Below, piece after piece: positions 1-10,625 of a stretch of DNA of 13,359 bases; the stretch's first letter is position 1, and each line of letters begins with the position of its first letter. This stretch comes from Oopsacas minuta. Taxonomy: Eukaryota; Animalia; Porifera. Below the pieces are notes generated by a model. It ran no database searches. It was not told the origin of the DNA and was given only the letters and a program-made list of their open reading frames with translations. The stretch covers positions 34,447 through 47,805 of the forward strand of contig JAKMXF010000244.1 in NCBI GenBank assembly GCA_024704765.1, written 5' to 3'. The position numbers and the translations under genes were made by a program.

Positions 1-10
1 AGAAGTAATT

Positions 11-370
11 CTGTAAAGCAATCCATCAGAAACTCACAAATTCATGAATATATGTGATACTTAAGTATGTACTTAGTTAAGTACATACTTAAGTACGTAC
101 TTAACTCTTAGTGAATACGACTTAAGTACGTACTTAGTACTTAAGTACTAAGTATGCTTAGTGAATACGGCGGCTGATGTAATCCTGGTGATGCAATAAT
201 AAAAGATCTCAAAAATATGAAATTTTGTGAATTTCAATCCTTGAAGAGGCTAAAGTTGAAATATAATTCATTTACTGCATATGGAGATTGGTCAAATTAA
301 GATACATAAGTATATATCGCAGAAGAATGTATATTGCAAAATATATTGCATACACCGATAATTCACTCAC
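11..370 (-). other. Next UBR4 intron; the donor is secure, the acceptor at 11 is only a candidate
   Basis: Donor GTGAGT at 370. On the minus strand, CTGAT (branch-point-like) followed by TGCTTTACAG ends at position 11. Only 10 nt of putative exon follow, too few to verify. Confidence 0.3.
58..174. repeat. Lattice of overlapping palindromes built from TTAAG/GTAC units, possibly a MITE remnant
   Basis: 18-bp arms at 58-75 and 78-95 with a 2-nt loop. Perfect palindromes TTAAGTACGTACTTAA (89-104) and TACTTAGTACTTAAGTACTAAGTA (131-154). Direct repeat CTTAGTGAATACG at 107-119 and 157-169. The block is flanked by TGA at 55-57 and 175-177. Confidence 0.85.
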
Positions 371-793
371 TTGTACACATTGTATTCTAAGACATCTTGG
401 AATGGAAATACAGAAATAGGAGATGCAGAATGATATCTTGAATGCGCTGTAATAATTATTCGTTCCAAGAACAATAATTTCTTCATTTTCCATTCTTCTC
501 TCGTTAGAACAAATATACTTACGATCAGAAAATATATAGGAGAATCAATATTATATGAAGAACTGATCCATTCTGTACAAGGTAGATCAATAAAATCTGA
601 TATTTGTGAAGATTCCCTCGCAATCGAATTAGAACTTAGGAGGAGATGAAATGAATAGCTGATGAAATAAGAAACAAACTGAATATTACTAAGTTTGCTG
701 CCACCGCCACAATCCTCACTGAATGACTTTCCGAAAGCATATCGCATTAGGAGCATTTTCAAATCATGAATGCTGGACCAGAAATTTGGTTCC
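371..793 (-). CDS. UBR4: Internal exon of E3 ubiquitin ligase UBR4/p600/BIG, C-terminal E3 module (UZI region)
   Basis: Translates as EPNFWSSIHDLKMLLMRYAFGKSFSEDCGGGSKLSNIQFVSY...EWISSSYNIDSPIYF...EYNVYK. This is collinear with recalled human UBR4 EPTYQLNIHDIKLLFLRFAMEQSFSADTGGGGRESNIHLIPY...KWVESAFEVDGPYYF...DYSAYR. The acceptor is TTTTGTAG at 795-794 and the donor is GTGAGT at 370. The length of 423 nt (1+3x140+2) has no stops. Confidence 0.9.
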
Positions 794-1124
794 CTACAAA
801 ATAAGAATAATGAAAATATGAAATATCTCTCCCTATATGAGGGCATGGTTATCCTAAAATGTCTGAAGTATCATAAAAAAATCAAGAACATAAACTTTAG
901 ACCGATATTGCCGATGTTTCCGTGGCTTCTGGAACACAATTCCAAAGGATTGTAACTAACTGGAATGGCAGTCAAATCGAATCTAACACATTCCAATCCA
1001 TTCGAAATGGCATAACAATATCTTAGTTGTGTTATACATACCTATTTGTTCCATGAAAGCAGGACTGCTAACACTTTCCAATTCGGTTTACAACACAATT
1101 TAATCGATATGAATTTGATAGAGC

Positions 1125-1279
1125 TATTAATCGTTTACGGCCGAAGTGTCACGTTTTTAAAGAAAAGGAACACGAAATTTTACCACTTCGTTGTAACCAA
1201 TTCCCGTGCCCAAATCGAGTGTTCGCCACTCTTTTGAAGTCATAAAATGAAATATTTTCCCGGAAGGATTCGGTTAATA
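1125..1279. repeat. Copy 1 of a 155-bp dispersed direct repeat
   Basis: Gapless alignment to 2537-2691 at about 73% identity by hand count; shared blocks include TATTAATCG, CACTTCGTT, CCCAAATC and TGAAGTCATAAAATGA. Confidence 0.85.
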
Positions 1280-2536
1280 AAACTTCCGTAAGTCGTGAAT
1301 CACCGCGCAACAGTTTGTCTACGCCTCTGACTATACCATAAGATTAAAAAGTATATACGGAAATCTTGAAGTATGTTTAGAGAGAAATACTCTATACAAC
1401 ACATATCTGCACAAGTGCAACAATAATGCAGTACCAATTGCTCACCAGTGGTACATCGATAGAGCGACAATGCCACACCTATGCAGTATCAATGCTACAT
1501 ATGTAAATTAAAAAGTATAAGAAACTCGGACTTGACGACATTTTCGTTTCATTGTCCAAATAATTCATATAATCTCGCTTCAAATTCAACAGAGTATAGA
1601 GTTATTATTACACTTAGGCAGAGTGGATTAAATGAGGACTTATGAAGAGTAGACTTACTTACTATCCATTCATAAGAAATAATATATTTATAATCAATCG
1701 ATGTTAGAAATCGATAGCTAAAATCAAAATTTAGATAGAGTAGTATACTATACTACATAAATTCGAAAGTTACCATGATTTGAAAAGAATTTGCGAAAAC
1801 AAATAGTTATAGTATAAAATATATACAAAATTCAAAAAATGAGTATGCATTATATTTTCTGGTGTTAGGATGTTGGCAATCTTAATAGTGAGTACATTCA
1901 ACTAATACATATTCATATTTGAATTCGAAATTGCGAATATACATACAATAGCGGTTTCAAATAGCGCCTATACAAACAATAACGATTCGAGTTAACGACT
2001 ACTAAGATTTTCGACCTAATCAGGATATTCATAATATAGAACAAACAACTATTATTCACCATAGATGGCGAGTGGATAGCCATATCTTAAAATATATGGT
2101 CTAAACAGGTTACAATTTTAACAATGCACCATAAATGTATTACTAACAGATATAAATACAGTAACCGCGTACACACTTGTATTCTCAAAAGTTTGTCAGC
2201 TATTTTTAGAGAATTTGTGATTAGTTTTGAGCTCGTGTTTATCACTATATTAGGAAAGCAAAATGTTCGATAATTAAATGATATCCTGATATCTCATAGT
2301 TCTCCCGAAAAAAATGGAGATTTGTTGAAATCCTGTTATATTTCTCTGTTTCATTGTAAATATTCATGAACAGATGCTAGCCCAATCTGAAAATAAATTA
2401 TAGACATTTTCATTTGACAATAGTCTATGCACAATAAGCGACTTCATATTCATGAAAGATATTGTAACTTATACGGTGAAAAAGTTATTATATAATATAT
2501 AGTAATTGACAATATATGGTAAGTGAATAAATTACT

Positions 2537-2691
2537 TATTAATCGATTGCTGTCGAAGTTTTTAGTTCGCAACAAAAAGAACAATAGTATATCAACACTT
2601 CGTTTTGACCTATTCCCGCACCCAAATCAAGATTTAAGCACCTTTCTGAAGTCATAAAATGATACATTTTCTCGGAAGTATTCGGTCAATA
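2537..2691. repeat. Copy 2 of a 155-bp dispersed direct repeat
   Basis: Gapless alignment to 1125-1279. Confidence 0.85.
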
Positions 2692-4513
2692 TAGAAAGCA
2701 GAAATTTTGTCTCTGCTATGTTTCTAATAGAAATGTAAAATGAAATCGGCTAATGGGAACCAATCTTTGTTGAATTTGTCTGTAAATTCTCATAATACGA
2801 TTTTCATAGTGCTATAATTTTATTCGAAATTTATTGATGATATTTATCACTGAAACTGGGCCAATTTGATAGAATGAATGTACAAACTGGGAAATATACC
2901 TGTGTTCCGCAAGAATCTTTCATAGTTTTTGACAATAAAATACCACCTGTATATAATTTGAATTATATTCATCAAATTTTAACATGTCATACGGAGTTTT
3001 ACGTTAAAAATCCAAAAATTGCTTTAAATTTAGGTTCTAAATTGAAAAATGGGCGAATTTCAATGAACACTTTTTGTGAATTTTTAGTAAACCAGGATTC
3101 TTTCGTATATAATGGATATAAATAGTAGCTACATTTTGATTTTGATTTTGGAAATCAATTTCCATCTATCTGAGAGGGTGAACCTAACTCATATTGGAAA
3201 TGATCTCTCTACTATGACACCGCCGCAGATTGCGGCCTAAAATGTCCAAATGACTGATTCCAGACACAGTAAAATTGAAAATTACTCTATTATAACCGAT
3301 TGCTGCCGAAATCATGAAAATGAGATTGATACCATCCCAAAAGAGATTTGAGTTATATACCAATTTACACACGCTTCATCACAATGACAACAACCCATAT
3401 CTATATTACCTAGAGTAAAATAACTAGGATGTACCTAGTGTCATAGATACTTCCATCAGCGATGCAATGACTGGACAGAGCGGATGGGGTTAGTCTTTTA
3501 TCTAATGTAGTTATTTAATCAGATATATCTCTTATTTATGCACATTGATCACAGTAGGCGTGCCAATGCCATTTAGCAGATTTGTGGCTGCATCGCGGAC
3601 ATTTTGTCCAATTATAGATCTTATGCAATCTATTGGTTGATCATTTGATAACTCCATGATATACTCCGTCCTGATTGGAGATTGTCAGATCTTTTGATTG
3701 AGAAATATTGTTCGAAATCTGTCAAAAGCAAGGCGGTGTCTTAAGACAAAGCAAAGCTTAAATGATGAGTCCTAGGTAGGATGAAACACCACGATTATAT
3801 ATGTGAATTCATATAAACAATTATACAACAAGCGCGGGCTTAGCTTTCTCCTTCTATGGGGCTTGCGAAAAGAGAGTGTTCGCATGTAACTCGGCAGTTC
3901 ATACCACGAATTTATGTACTTGAGCAACAATAACTTGAAAGGGTGAAATTCCTTCAGATGTGGTGGATGACGCACCAATAAATGTACCTCGACACACCAA
4001 TAATTTTGCTTCCGATGTCCCTGTTTTGGGGATACACAATTGTCAAAACTGAAGGTTCATTATCAATATCTTTCCAAATTTGGCTAGAAACTGTTCATTT
4101 ACGTTTGCATAACAACGCAGGAATATATCAGTATTACACTAAAATTCCACATTTTTTCGAAAATCTACATGATATCATGATATCCTCTAAACATCGAAGA
4201 TCTAACTTACTTATTACAGGGATATAAACAGCCTCAAAGCTAGTACATAAATATCCCCAGATAGCCTATTTAGTAGTCAGACATTGTGAGAAGACATGCG
4301 CATATTTGGTTACCGAATTTATATATGTTAGTATAGTACACTCCCGCTTACCGGGACACCTCGGGGATTTAGCCAAGGTGTCCCAGTAAGAGGGAGTGTC
4401 CGCCACTCCGAATAACACATCTCTATTGCAAGATCTAAACCAGCAAACATAGTAGTTAACAAGTCTGAGCTGCGTAATATGTCTGCTTAAATATATATCT
4501 TCGAAAATGAATC

Positions 4514-6333
4514 CTAATCCATCATATCTAAGATAATCTGAGGCGACGGGGACTTGGGAGCGAAGTCGGATATCTTGGTCTGCACAAGCTCGGATGCCCT
4601 GCGACCACGCACGAACTCTTCATAGGCATCGAGGTCCATCGATCCGCTCAGGATTCCCACATCACCTCAGCCCGTAGCGTACAGCAGGAGCGTTTCGATG
4701 GCTTGCGCGGCCGCGGCAGAGGACGGAACAGGTGTGGGCCCCTCATCCTCAAAGTCGGATTTTTGTGAATCCTCCTCCCTCCCTTTGCCAACCGTCGCCA
4801 TAGCCTCCTTCACCAGCTGCGTGATTGTCTTCGCAGATGCAAAGACAATCCCGGCATCAGCAGCCTCTATGTCCTGTAGCTCAAGCTCCTCCAATGTGAC
4901 CTCTGGCATGCCAATGTTGGCTACTGGACCCTAGCTCCGCATGAACCCACATTTAGAGAAGCCCTAGAAATACACTGCCTGGCTAAAAGTATTGGAACAC
5001 TGTTTACGACTTGTACACAAGTGGCATTAGATGAGAATATGTTGAAAGATTCTATGGATATTGCAGAAAGAAGAACAATAGCTTGTTATCATTTGTTTTA
5101 TGATATGTTTATGTTCAACATTTTTTGAAACATCTTTAGCTTATACAACTATGGTAGCATACCCTTTGTTTCAGGTATTAATTGTGGCAGGGTGTTCCAA
5201 TACTTTTGGCCAGGCAGTGTAGTCCTCGACTGTATTTGATTCCAAGCCCTCGTGGCCCTGCATATCACGAGTACAAGACTGAAGGTCTTGTAGGGATCTT
5301 CAGAGTTCTCGTTCTGGAACTTCCGCTTGAGTTTATAAGCACGTGATTGTAGAAGCTTTTCTGTACAACAGCTTGAAAGTCTGAATTACCCCAGTATCGA
5401 GCGGTTGAGTACAGCTCGTTGTGTTTTGGGGAAGAACATTACCTTGGTGTGCTTCAACGGGACGTTATCGGCAGCAGAATTATGCACACTGGCATTATCC
5501 ATAAACAGCAGAACTTTCCTGTTTTGCTCCTTCTTCCCCACTTCTGTGTCAACCACTGCAGGAAGTCAGTGAATAGTTGGCTAGTCATCCATGAAGATTT
5601 CTGTGCTCGATAGTGAACCGGAATCCTCTTCATATCCGCATCCTTCAGAGCCTTCGGCTTCTCGCTCTTGTCTATCAGGGTAGGTTTCATCTTTTCGCCG
5701 ACCAAGAGCAAGTGAGGAGGAGAGTAACTCTGTCTTTGAACTTCTTTGAGCCATGGGCAGTATCACCCTGAAACATCAGAGATTTCTTCGAGCACGTCTT
5801 GAAAAATAGTCCAGTCTCATCCGTTTTATAAATGTCCTCCTTCTTGTAACCCTTGATGATCTCCCTAAGCTCCTCCTTCCAGTTCTCCAAGTGAGAACAT
5901 TGACACTCTTGGCTTCTCCAGAAACAGCCTTAGCCGAGATCCCGTGCCTGTCTTTCAGGCGAGATAGCCATGCTTCAAAGGCTTCGAAATCCTCCAATCC
6001 GAGCCCGCGAGTCCTCCTCAGCCAATTGGTGTAGCATAGGACCGGTGACCGTCTCACCTTGTTCACGCGCCAGTCTTAGAAATTCCAACACCACCTCTTC
6101 GATTTCTTTGTACTTAGCTTCCACCTTCACGCGTTTGCGTTTGGAGCCAAGCCTTACTGCAGCCTGCCGCACTTCATTCTTGTTCTTTTTTATCCTCTCA
6201 ATAGAGCTCTTACCCACTCCGAAGTGCTCAGCCACCTTGCAAAGACTACTGCCAGGCTGCTCCAGCATGTCTAGAACTGTCTTGCGCTGCTCACACGTCA
6301 GCAAAGCGTACTTGGGCTGCGACTTATGGCCAT
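4514..6333 (-). pseudogene. Tigger/pogo transposase pseudogene (CENP-B-type HTH domains plus DDD catalytic domain, about DD33D)
   Basis: Fragments occur in order across frames: LTCEQRKTVLDMLEQ...VAEHFGVGKSSIERIKK, KYKEIEEVVLEFLRLAREQGETVTGPML, FEAWLSRLKDRHGI, DIYKTDETGLFF (D1), KDRVTLLLTC, KSSWMTSQLF, RKVLLFMDNASVH (D2), NTTSCTQPLDTGVIQTFK (D3), AWNQIQSRTI, GFSKCGF and C-terminal VQTKISDF. It has about 8 frameshifts, 2 in-frame stops and a MITE insertion. Confidence 0.93.
4973..5219. mobile_element. 247-bp Tc1-like MITE nested in the Tigger transposase
   Basis: 28-bp TIRs are CACTGCCTGGCTAAAAGTATTGGAACAC and the reverse complement of 5192-5219 (27/28 match). TA duplications are at 4971-4972 and 5220-5221. 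The interior is AT-rich and non-coding. Removing it restores ...QSRTIS... of the host transposase. Confidence 0.93.
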
Positions 6334-6810
6334 GAAAGAGAAACACTAAAACAGAGATCAGTACATACCAAAAGTCTAGGAGAATTTGGTGTCCCTGTAA
6401 GCGAGATTCACCCCGGTACGAGGGAGGCATTTGTGTGGGATGGAACCAAATTTCCGGGAAGATGTCCCAGTAAGCGTGAGTGTACTGTAATACATTTAAG
6501 GGGCATGTCATAAATAGTTAATGTGGCAGGAAAAGATCTCGCCATTCCTGAAGTTATCGAAAAAATGTCAGTTTTAAGTCCTGTATTACCAAGTCTCCGG
6601 CCTAATGCATACACACCCACTGTAACAATTTTCCCCAAGTTACTGTAAGGCAATTTGTTAAAATTATAGCATAATATTTGGAAGTCAATAAAAGTTGGGT
6701 TGGTTCAGTAGCATGATTGCCAGTAAACGAACAACGTCTGTAAAGTGGTGCGGCCAAGGTGACTCATGACAACATTCTTCGACCCATTTACCAATAGACA
6801 TTTAGCATAC

Positions 6811-7024
6811 CTAAATCCAGTAGCATCCTGAAGAGAGGAATGATATTTGGCGAGACAACTGAAATAACCATTATCTTGAACTTCGGGGCCCCAAACAGGC
6901 ATAATGGAATTACATCGAATATTAGAATTATGAATACAAGCAGATTCCCATTCTTCCTTTCCACGAGACTGACGGCTAGTACGGATGGCAGTGTTGTGGC
7001 AATCAAGATGTACAATGCTGAACC
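6811..7024 (-). CDS. UBR4: Internal exon of UBR4 carrying the second half of the hemiRING zinc site (HxxCH)
   Basis: Translates as FSIVHLDCHNTAIRTSRQSRGKEEWESACIHNSNIRCNSIMPVWGPEVQDNGYFSCLAKYHSSLQDATGF, matching recalled UBR4 [43 protein letters not shown]...ECTGQ. The acceptor is a polypyrimidine tract plus TTTAG (7026-7025) and the donor is GTATGC at 6810. The length is 214 nt (2+3x70+2). Confidence 0.9.
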
Positions 7025-7899
7025 CTAAAGAAAAAAAATATAAATATAAACATTGATTGAAAAATAGATAAATATTTTCCAGAGTAAATAAATGTACTAG
7101 CAGGTTTAGATTGCTAGTAACCTCAGAATCTGGGATACCAGCTAAAAAGCAAATTTGTTGTAGAGGCACAATATAGTTGTGCATTAAATAATCTTATTGT
7201 GAATGTTTTTGCTGAAAATAATGAGATCAAGCTGTTGGCATATTGGCACAATCGCTATAAATATGAAATTATATATTTTATCATTATGGCAATTATATAA
7301 TTCAATTGCATAACTATCTTATAAATCCCAATATGTATATATTTCTAAATGTTGTGACTTGTTCTAAAAGAATGCATCCTTATTATGATATTATACCAAC
7401 TATGCTCATCCTAACAATGTCACAACTTACCATACAGCATAAGGACTCACAGTAACTTGTGGATTTTGGGCTAGGGATAAGTTACTTGATGGTACAATCC
7501 TATGTGATTCCTGGAATCCAGAAACGGAGCATAAACCCAGAATATATTTAAAGTGGAATTCGGATATATCCTGGCCATTTCTTTCTCGTGCAAATACAAC
7601 ATGCATGATTTCAATAAAACACAGTCAAATATTGACACAGTTCCACTCTTCTGAAAAATAAAATTTGATAATAATAAACTGGTAAAAGTACTTCATTTCT
7701 CCTAAATGAGTTCATCTACATATCGAAATGCTAAGAAATTGAATACAAAACATAGTGTGTATTGGGATTAATCCTTACCTTCATAATGCCTTATGATTAT
7801 AGTGCCACTTTAAAAACAAATCTAATTCATAGACTAAGCTATCGGCACAGGTTGTAATTACAGTATATAAACAAAATTAGAGAGCAATTTTTTAATTTT

Positions 7900-9930
7900 T
7901 GATGTAAAACTCAGTTAGATACCAATATTTGATGAAGTAAATTCCAAATAAATTGAAATTTCGTTCATACTAAGTTATTGATACTGGCAAGGCGTTGCAA
8001 TTATGGAAATTCGATGAAACTCAAAATGGTTTCCCTTAACCTCTGCAGTATACATGTAATTGTAGGCTATTGGCCCTTTCTCGGATTGCATATCTTTCTA
8101 ATAAGTATTAAAAGTGTCAACTCCACATTTAGGAACGTTAGTGGCGGACTTGTAGAATTGTAGAAAGAGGATGAATAAATTTTCACCCATGAAACTGATC
8201 GAGTTAGGACATAAAGATATGATTCCAATGATCATCATGACAATATTTTCTAGCTAAATCTCGTTTTTGACTTCCTTAGTAACTTTGATAAGGATCTCAC
8301 AAACATCACAAAACTATCCATCAATCCAGCTCCTGTAACGTCTTCTTCAACATTACCCTCAATAATATAATCGTATAAGGCTGTTGTACCCATTTTGGTC
8401 TGACAGGTCGTGTGATCAGGTACTTCTTCTGTTTCATCCCAAATTTTTTTGACACAGCTCTCTCGAGCTACAGGCTTCAATTTCTTCATTTAACCTGCCA
8501 ATTTGATCAATGGCCCAACAAAGATCCTTTCTTGGGTCTTGCAGAATATCTAAGGCAAATTTTGCTTTCCTCAGAATATGCTTGGTAATGAGAAGGCATC
8601 TAATGAAGTGGCGATCTATCTGTAACAAGTAGCCAGTTGCTTCAATAGTTCTGATGGGGTTACTGTCGTTATCGCTCACGTCCTGCAGTAGTACACAGAC
8701 GATGTCGATGCGTTCCACACTGCGTCAAACTGTTCCGCTTGACACGACCATCGAGTATCAGCTACTTTCCCAATCTCCATCTTAGTTACTTTATGCTGTT
8801 TGTTTATTTTCCCACCTGACATAAACAGTCCTACTACTCAAAGTAAGTGTAACTGTTTGAAAAGTGATAACATTTTGGCCATGGATTTGACTGAATTGAC
8901 AACATCGACAATTACCAGGTTTAATATGGGACATAGCAATGGATGTATAGGCCATTTCACCACCAAAGTTTCAAAATTTTTACTTTTGAACTCTATTCAA
9001 ATGACCGAAGACAACAAATACATCATCGTAACCTTGTGAAACACAGTTCTTGATGTTTACATTAGCTGTTCTTAACTGGTGGATAATGGTATCGGACAAT
9101 CCATCAGCATCCAAATTTTATGCTTCAGTAATACCAACGAAATCCCTATGTATGGTGTTTATAGCAGTATCGTACAGCTAAAAGTACTTGTTCTTTTTGC
9201 TGGTATCTTTAGAATCGTCTGAAAGTATGGTGAACTATTCCGCCTCATGAAGTTCTAGTTTGATCGGGTCGAAGATCATATCCTTCATGATATTCAACAA
9301 TGCATTATTAACTGTAGGGTGTGTGTGTGTACTTAACATTCATCGGACCAGTCCGATTTCTATCAGCCACAACTGGATTATTTCTAGCAATTGGAGAACG
9401 TATGCCAAGGAAATTGACACACTATGGACCAATATCAAGACTTTCATGGTAGATATCATCCACTCCAAATGATTTACCGGTCTCATGTTGGGCAATATCC
9501 GTTAAGCAGTGATCAGCAAAACTTCACATACGGTGCGCATAAACATCCTATTTTCTGGAATTAACTTCGCATGTGCAGGGTCCTGGGGTTCAACAACTGA
9601 TTGAAACCGCCAGACTTAATTGTTTGACACTGCGTATAAGCATCAACACATTTTGCATACTGAAGGCTGGCTGGATGTCCCAACAGTTCGTTGTCACGGG
9701 CTGTGTTTACATAGCATTTCTTTCACTCGGGTACCTTGGCTTATAAATGAGGGCTCTTTTTTGTTTTGGGAGAAATGACCAGCAGTGATAGCAGCAATTA
9801 GCATCTTCGCATTCTGAATACTCTATCAATGAGTATTTATCATACAGGGATGAGGTAAATGCTCTAAACCTGCCAATCATATACAAAGGGAATTTATGCA
9901 TGAGGTTGTACTTGAAATAGAGATATCTTT
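7900..9930 (-). pseudogene. Decayed hAT transposase, ZMYM1-like type; boundaries approximate and no TIRs found
   Basis: Motifs occur in order on the minus strand: TTF-type zinc finger HKFP..FRAF...YDKYSLIEYSECEDANCCYHCWSF (9900-9780), KYTH...NALLNIM, FTILSDDSKDTSK (first catalytic D, ~9215), CVSQGYD (~9030), YIHCY..LNLVIVD (~8930), VADTRWSCQ (~8750) and dimerization motif TLPVSIT*YERNF (~7990-7952). There are many stops and frameshifts. Confidence 0.88.
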
Positions 9931-10625
9931 CTGGCTTGGACTATCAACTAGCCCACTATATTGAATCCCCAAATATGGTGCCTGAATGTTAACATAGTCC
10001 TCAACCTCTCGCAGTGCAGCTAAATAAATGAAGAACTCAAAATTTCAATAATTCAACCATCTGACTTCAATCTAAAAATGTAGTTGGACCCTAATCCAGT
10101 GCACGCCACATGGTTTGAATTGGTTCGGTAAACCCTACCAATATGATAAAGTGATCCGGTTTTGATGGAAACTGTCAGCTCCACTTAATTGGGATACATC
10201 GGGGCATCAATATTTGGTCCTGATTAGTGTCCCAATTTACTGATGAAATTTAGTACTACAAAATGTGAACGAAGGTTATTTCATCTCTGGAGACTTAAGC
10301 AGAATCGACTATAAATAGATCCCATCCGTGCAAAAATTAAACCGAATCCAGGTGCTGAAACAAGATTCCTACTAAAAATAGCCTAATATTGATGACAATA
10401 CTGCTAATTGAATCAGAATAATGTAATACCTTTAAGCAGGGTTTCATAAGGGAATTTTCTTTGGGGGGAATTAATACTATTGGTGTAAATTATTAATGAG
10501 TGAAAGATTGGTTTCATTGTCAACCTTTTCTTACCAAGTAGTGTTATTCATAATTTCGCTCTGATTCGTTTTGAATATATAAAACTCTCCGTGTAGTAAT
10601 ATATACACACACACACATGTATATA

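Larger units (their letters stand above)
4334..6487 (-). mobile_element. Full-length but decayed pogo/Tigger DNA transposon (Tc1/mariner superfamily)
   Basis: TIRs are TAGTACACTCCCGCTTACCGGGACA (4334-4358) and the reverse complement of 6463-6487, CAGTACACTCACGCTTACTGGGACA (22/25 match). TA target duplications are at 4332-4333 and 6488-6489. There are subterminal copies of the TIR motif, and the element encloses a transposase pseudogene. Confidence 0.93.
794..6810 (-). other. 6017-bp GT-AG phase-2 intron of UBR4
   Basis: The upstream exon ends in AG and the downstream exon starts with G. Splicing gives AGG (Arg) and the continuous peptide DATGFR-EPNF, aligning without gaps to recalled human ECTGQR-EPTY. 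Confidence 0.85.

Noticed and set aside
58-174. CRISPR array or viral hairpin terminus
   Set aside because: There is no regular repeat-spacer period, no cas or viral genes, and the context is a eukaryotic intron.
272-493. 73-aa minus-strand ORF
   Set aside because: It is an alternative frame over the UBR4 exon and its GTGAGT donor, with no recognisable motif.
367-846. 159-aa ORF as a stand-alone gene
   Set aside because: Its first 17 codons are an intronic polypyrimidine tract, and its stop lies within the splice donor. The real unit is exon 793-371.
2874-3125. 83-aa plus-strand orphan ORF
   Set aside because: It has no recognisable domain or supporting signals, and ORFs of this length arise by chance. 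It cannot be excluded without expression data.
3184-4227. Short ORFs at 3184-3372, 3772-3978 and 3982-4227 as remnants of a gene or TE
   Set aside because: Translating several frames gave no consistent family motif.
4698-6335. Plus-strand ORFs at 4698-4934, 5419-5613 and 5970-6335
   Set aside because: They are antisense shadows of the GC-rich Tigger transposase.
6705-7184. 159-aa ORF as a stand-alone gene with a transmembrane segment
   Set aside because: The hydrophobic LFFNQCLYLYFFSL stretch is the translated polypyrimidine tract. Only 7024-6811 matches UBR4.
7200-7370. Alternative candidate UBR4 exon fragments (HLEIYTY, KTFTIRL)
   Set aside because: These are short matches in different frames with no phase-compatible splice sites.
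7700-10430. TIRs and 8-bp target duplication for the minus-strand hAT remnant
   Set aside because: No convincing inverted pair was found by eye, so only the pseudogene is reported.
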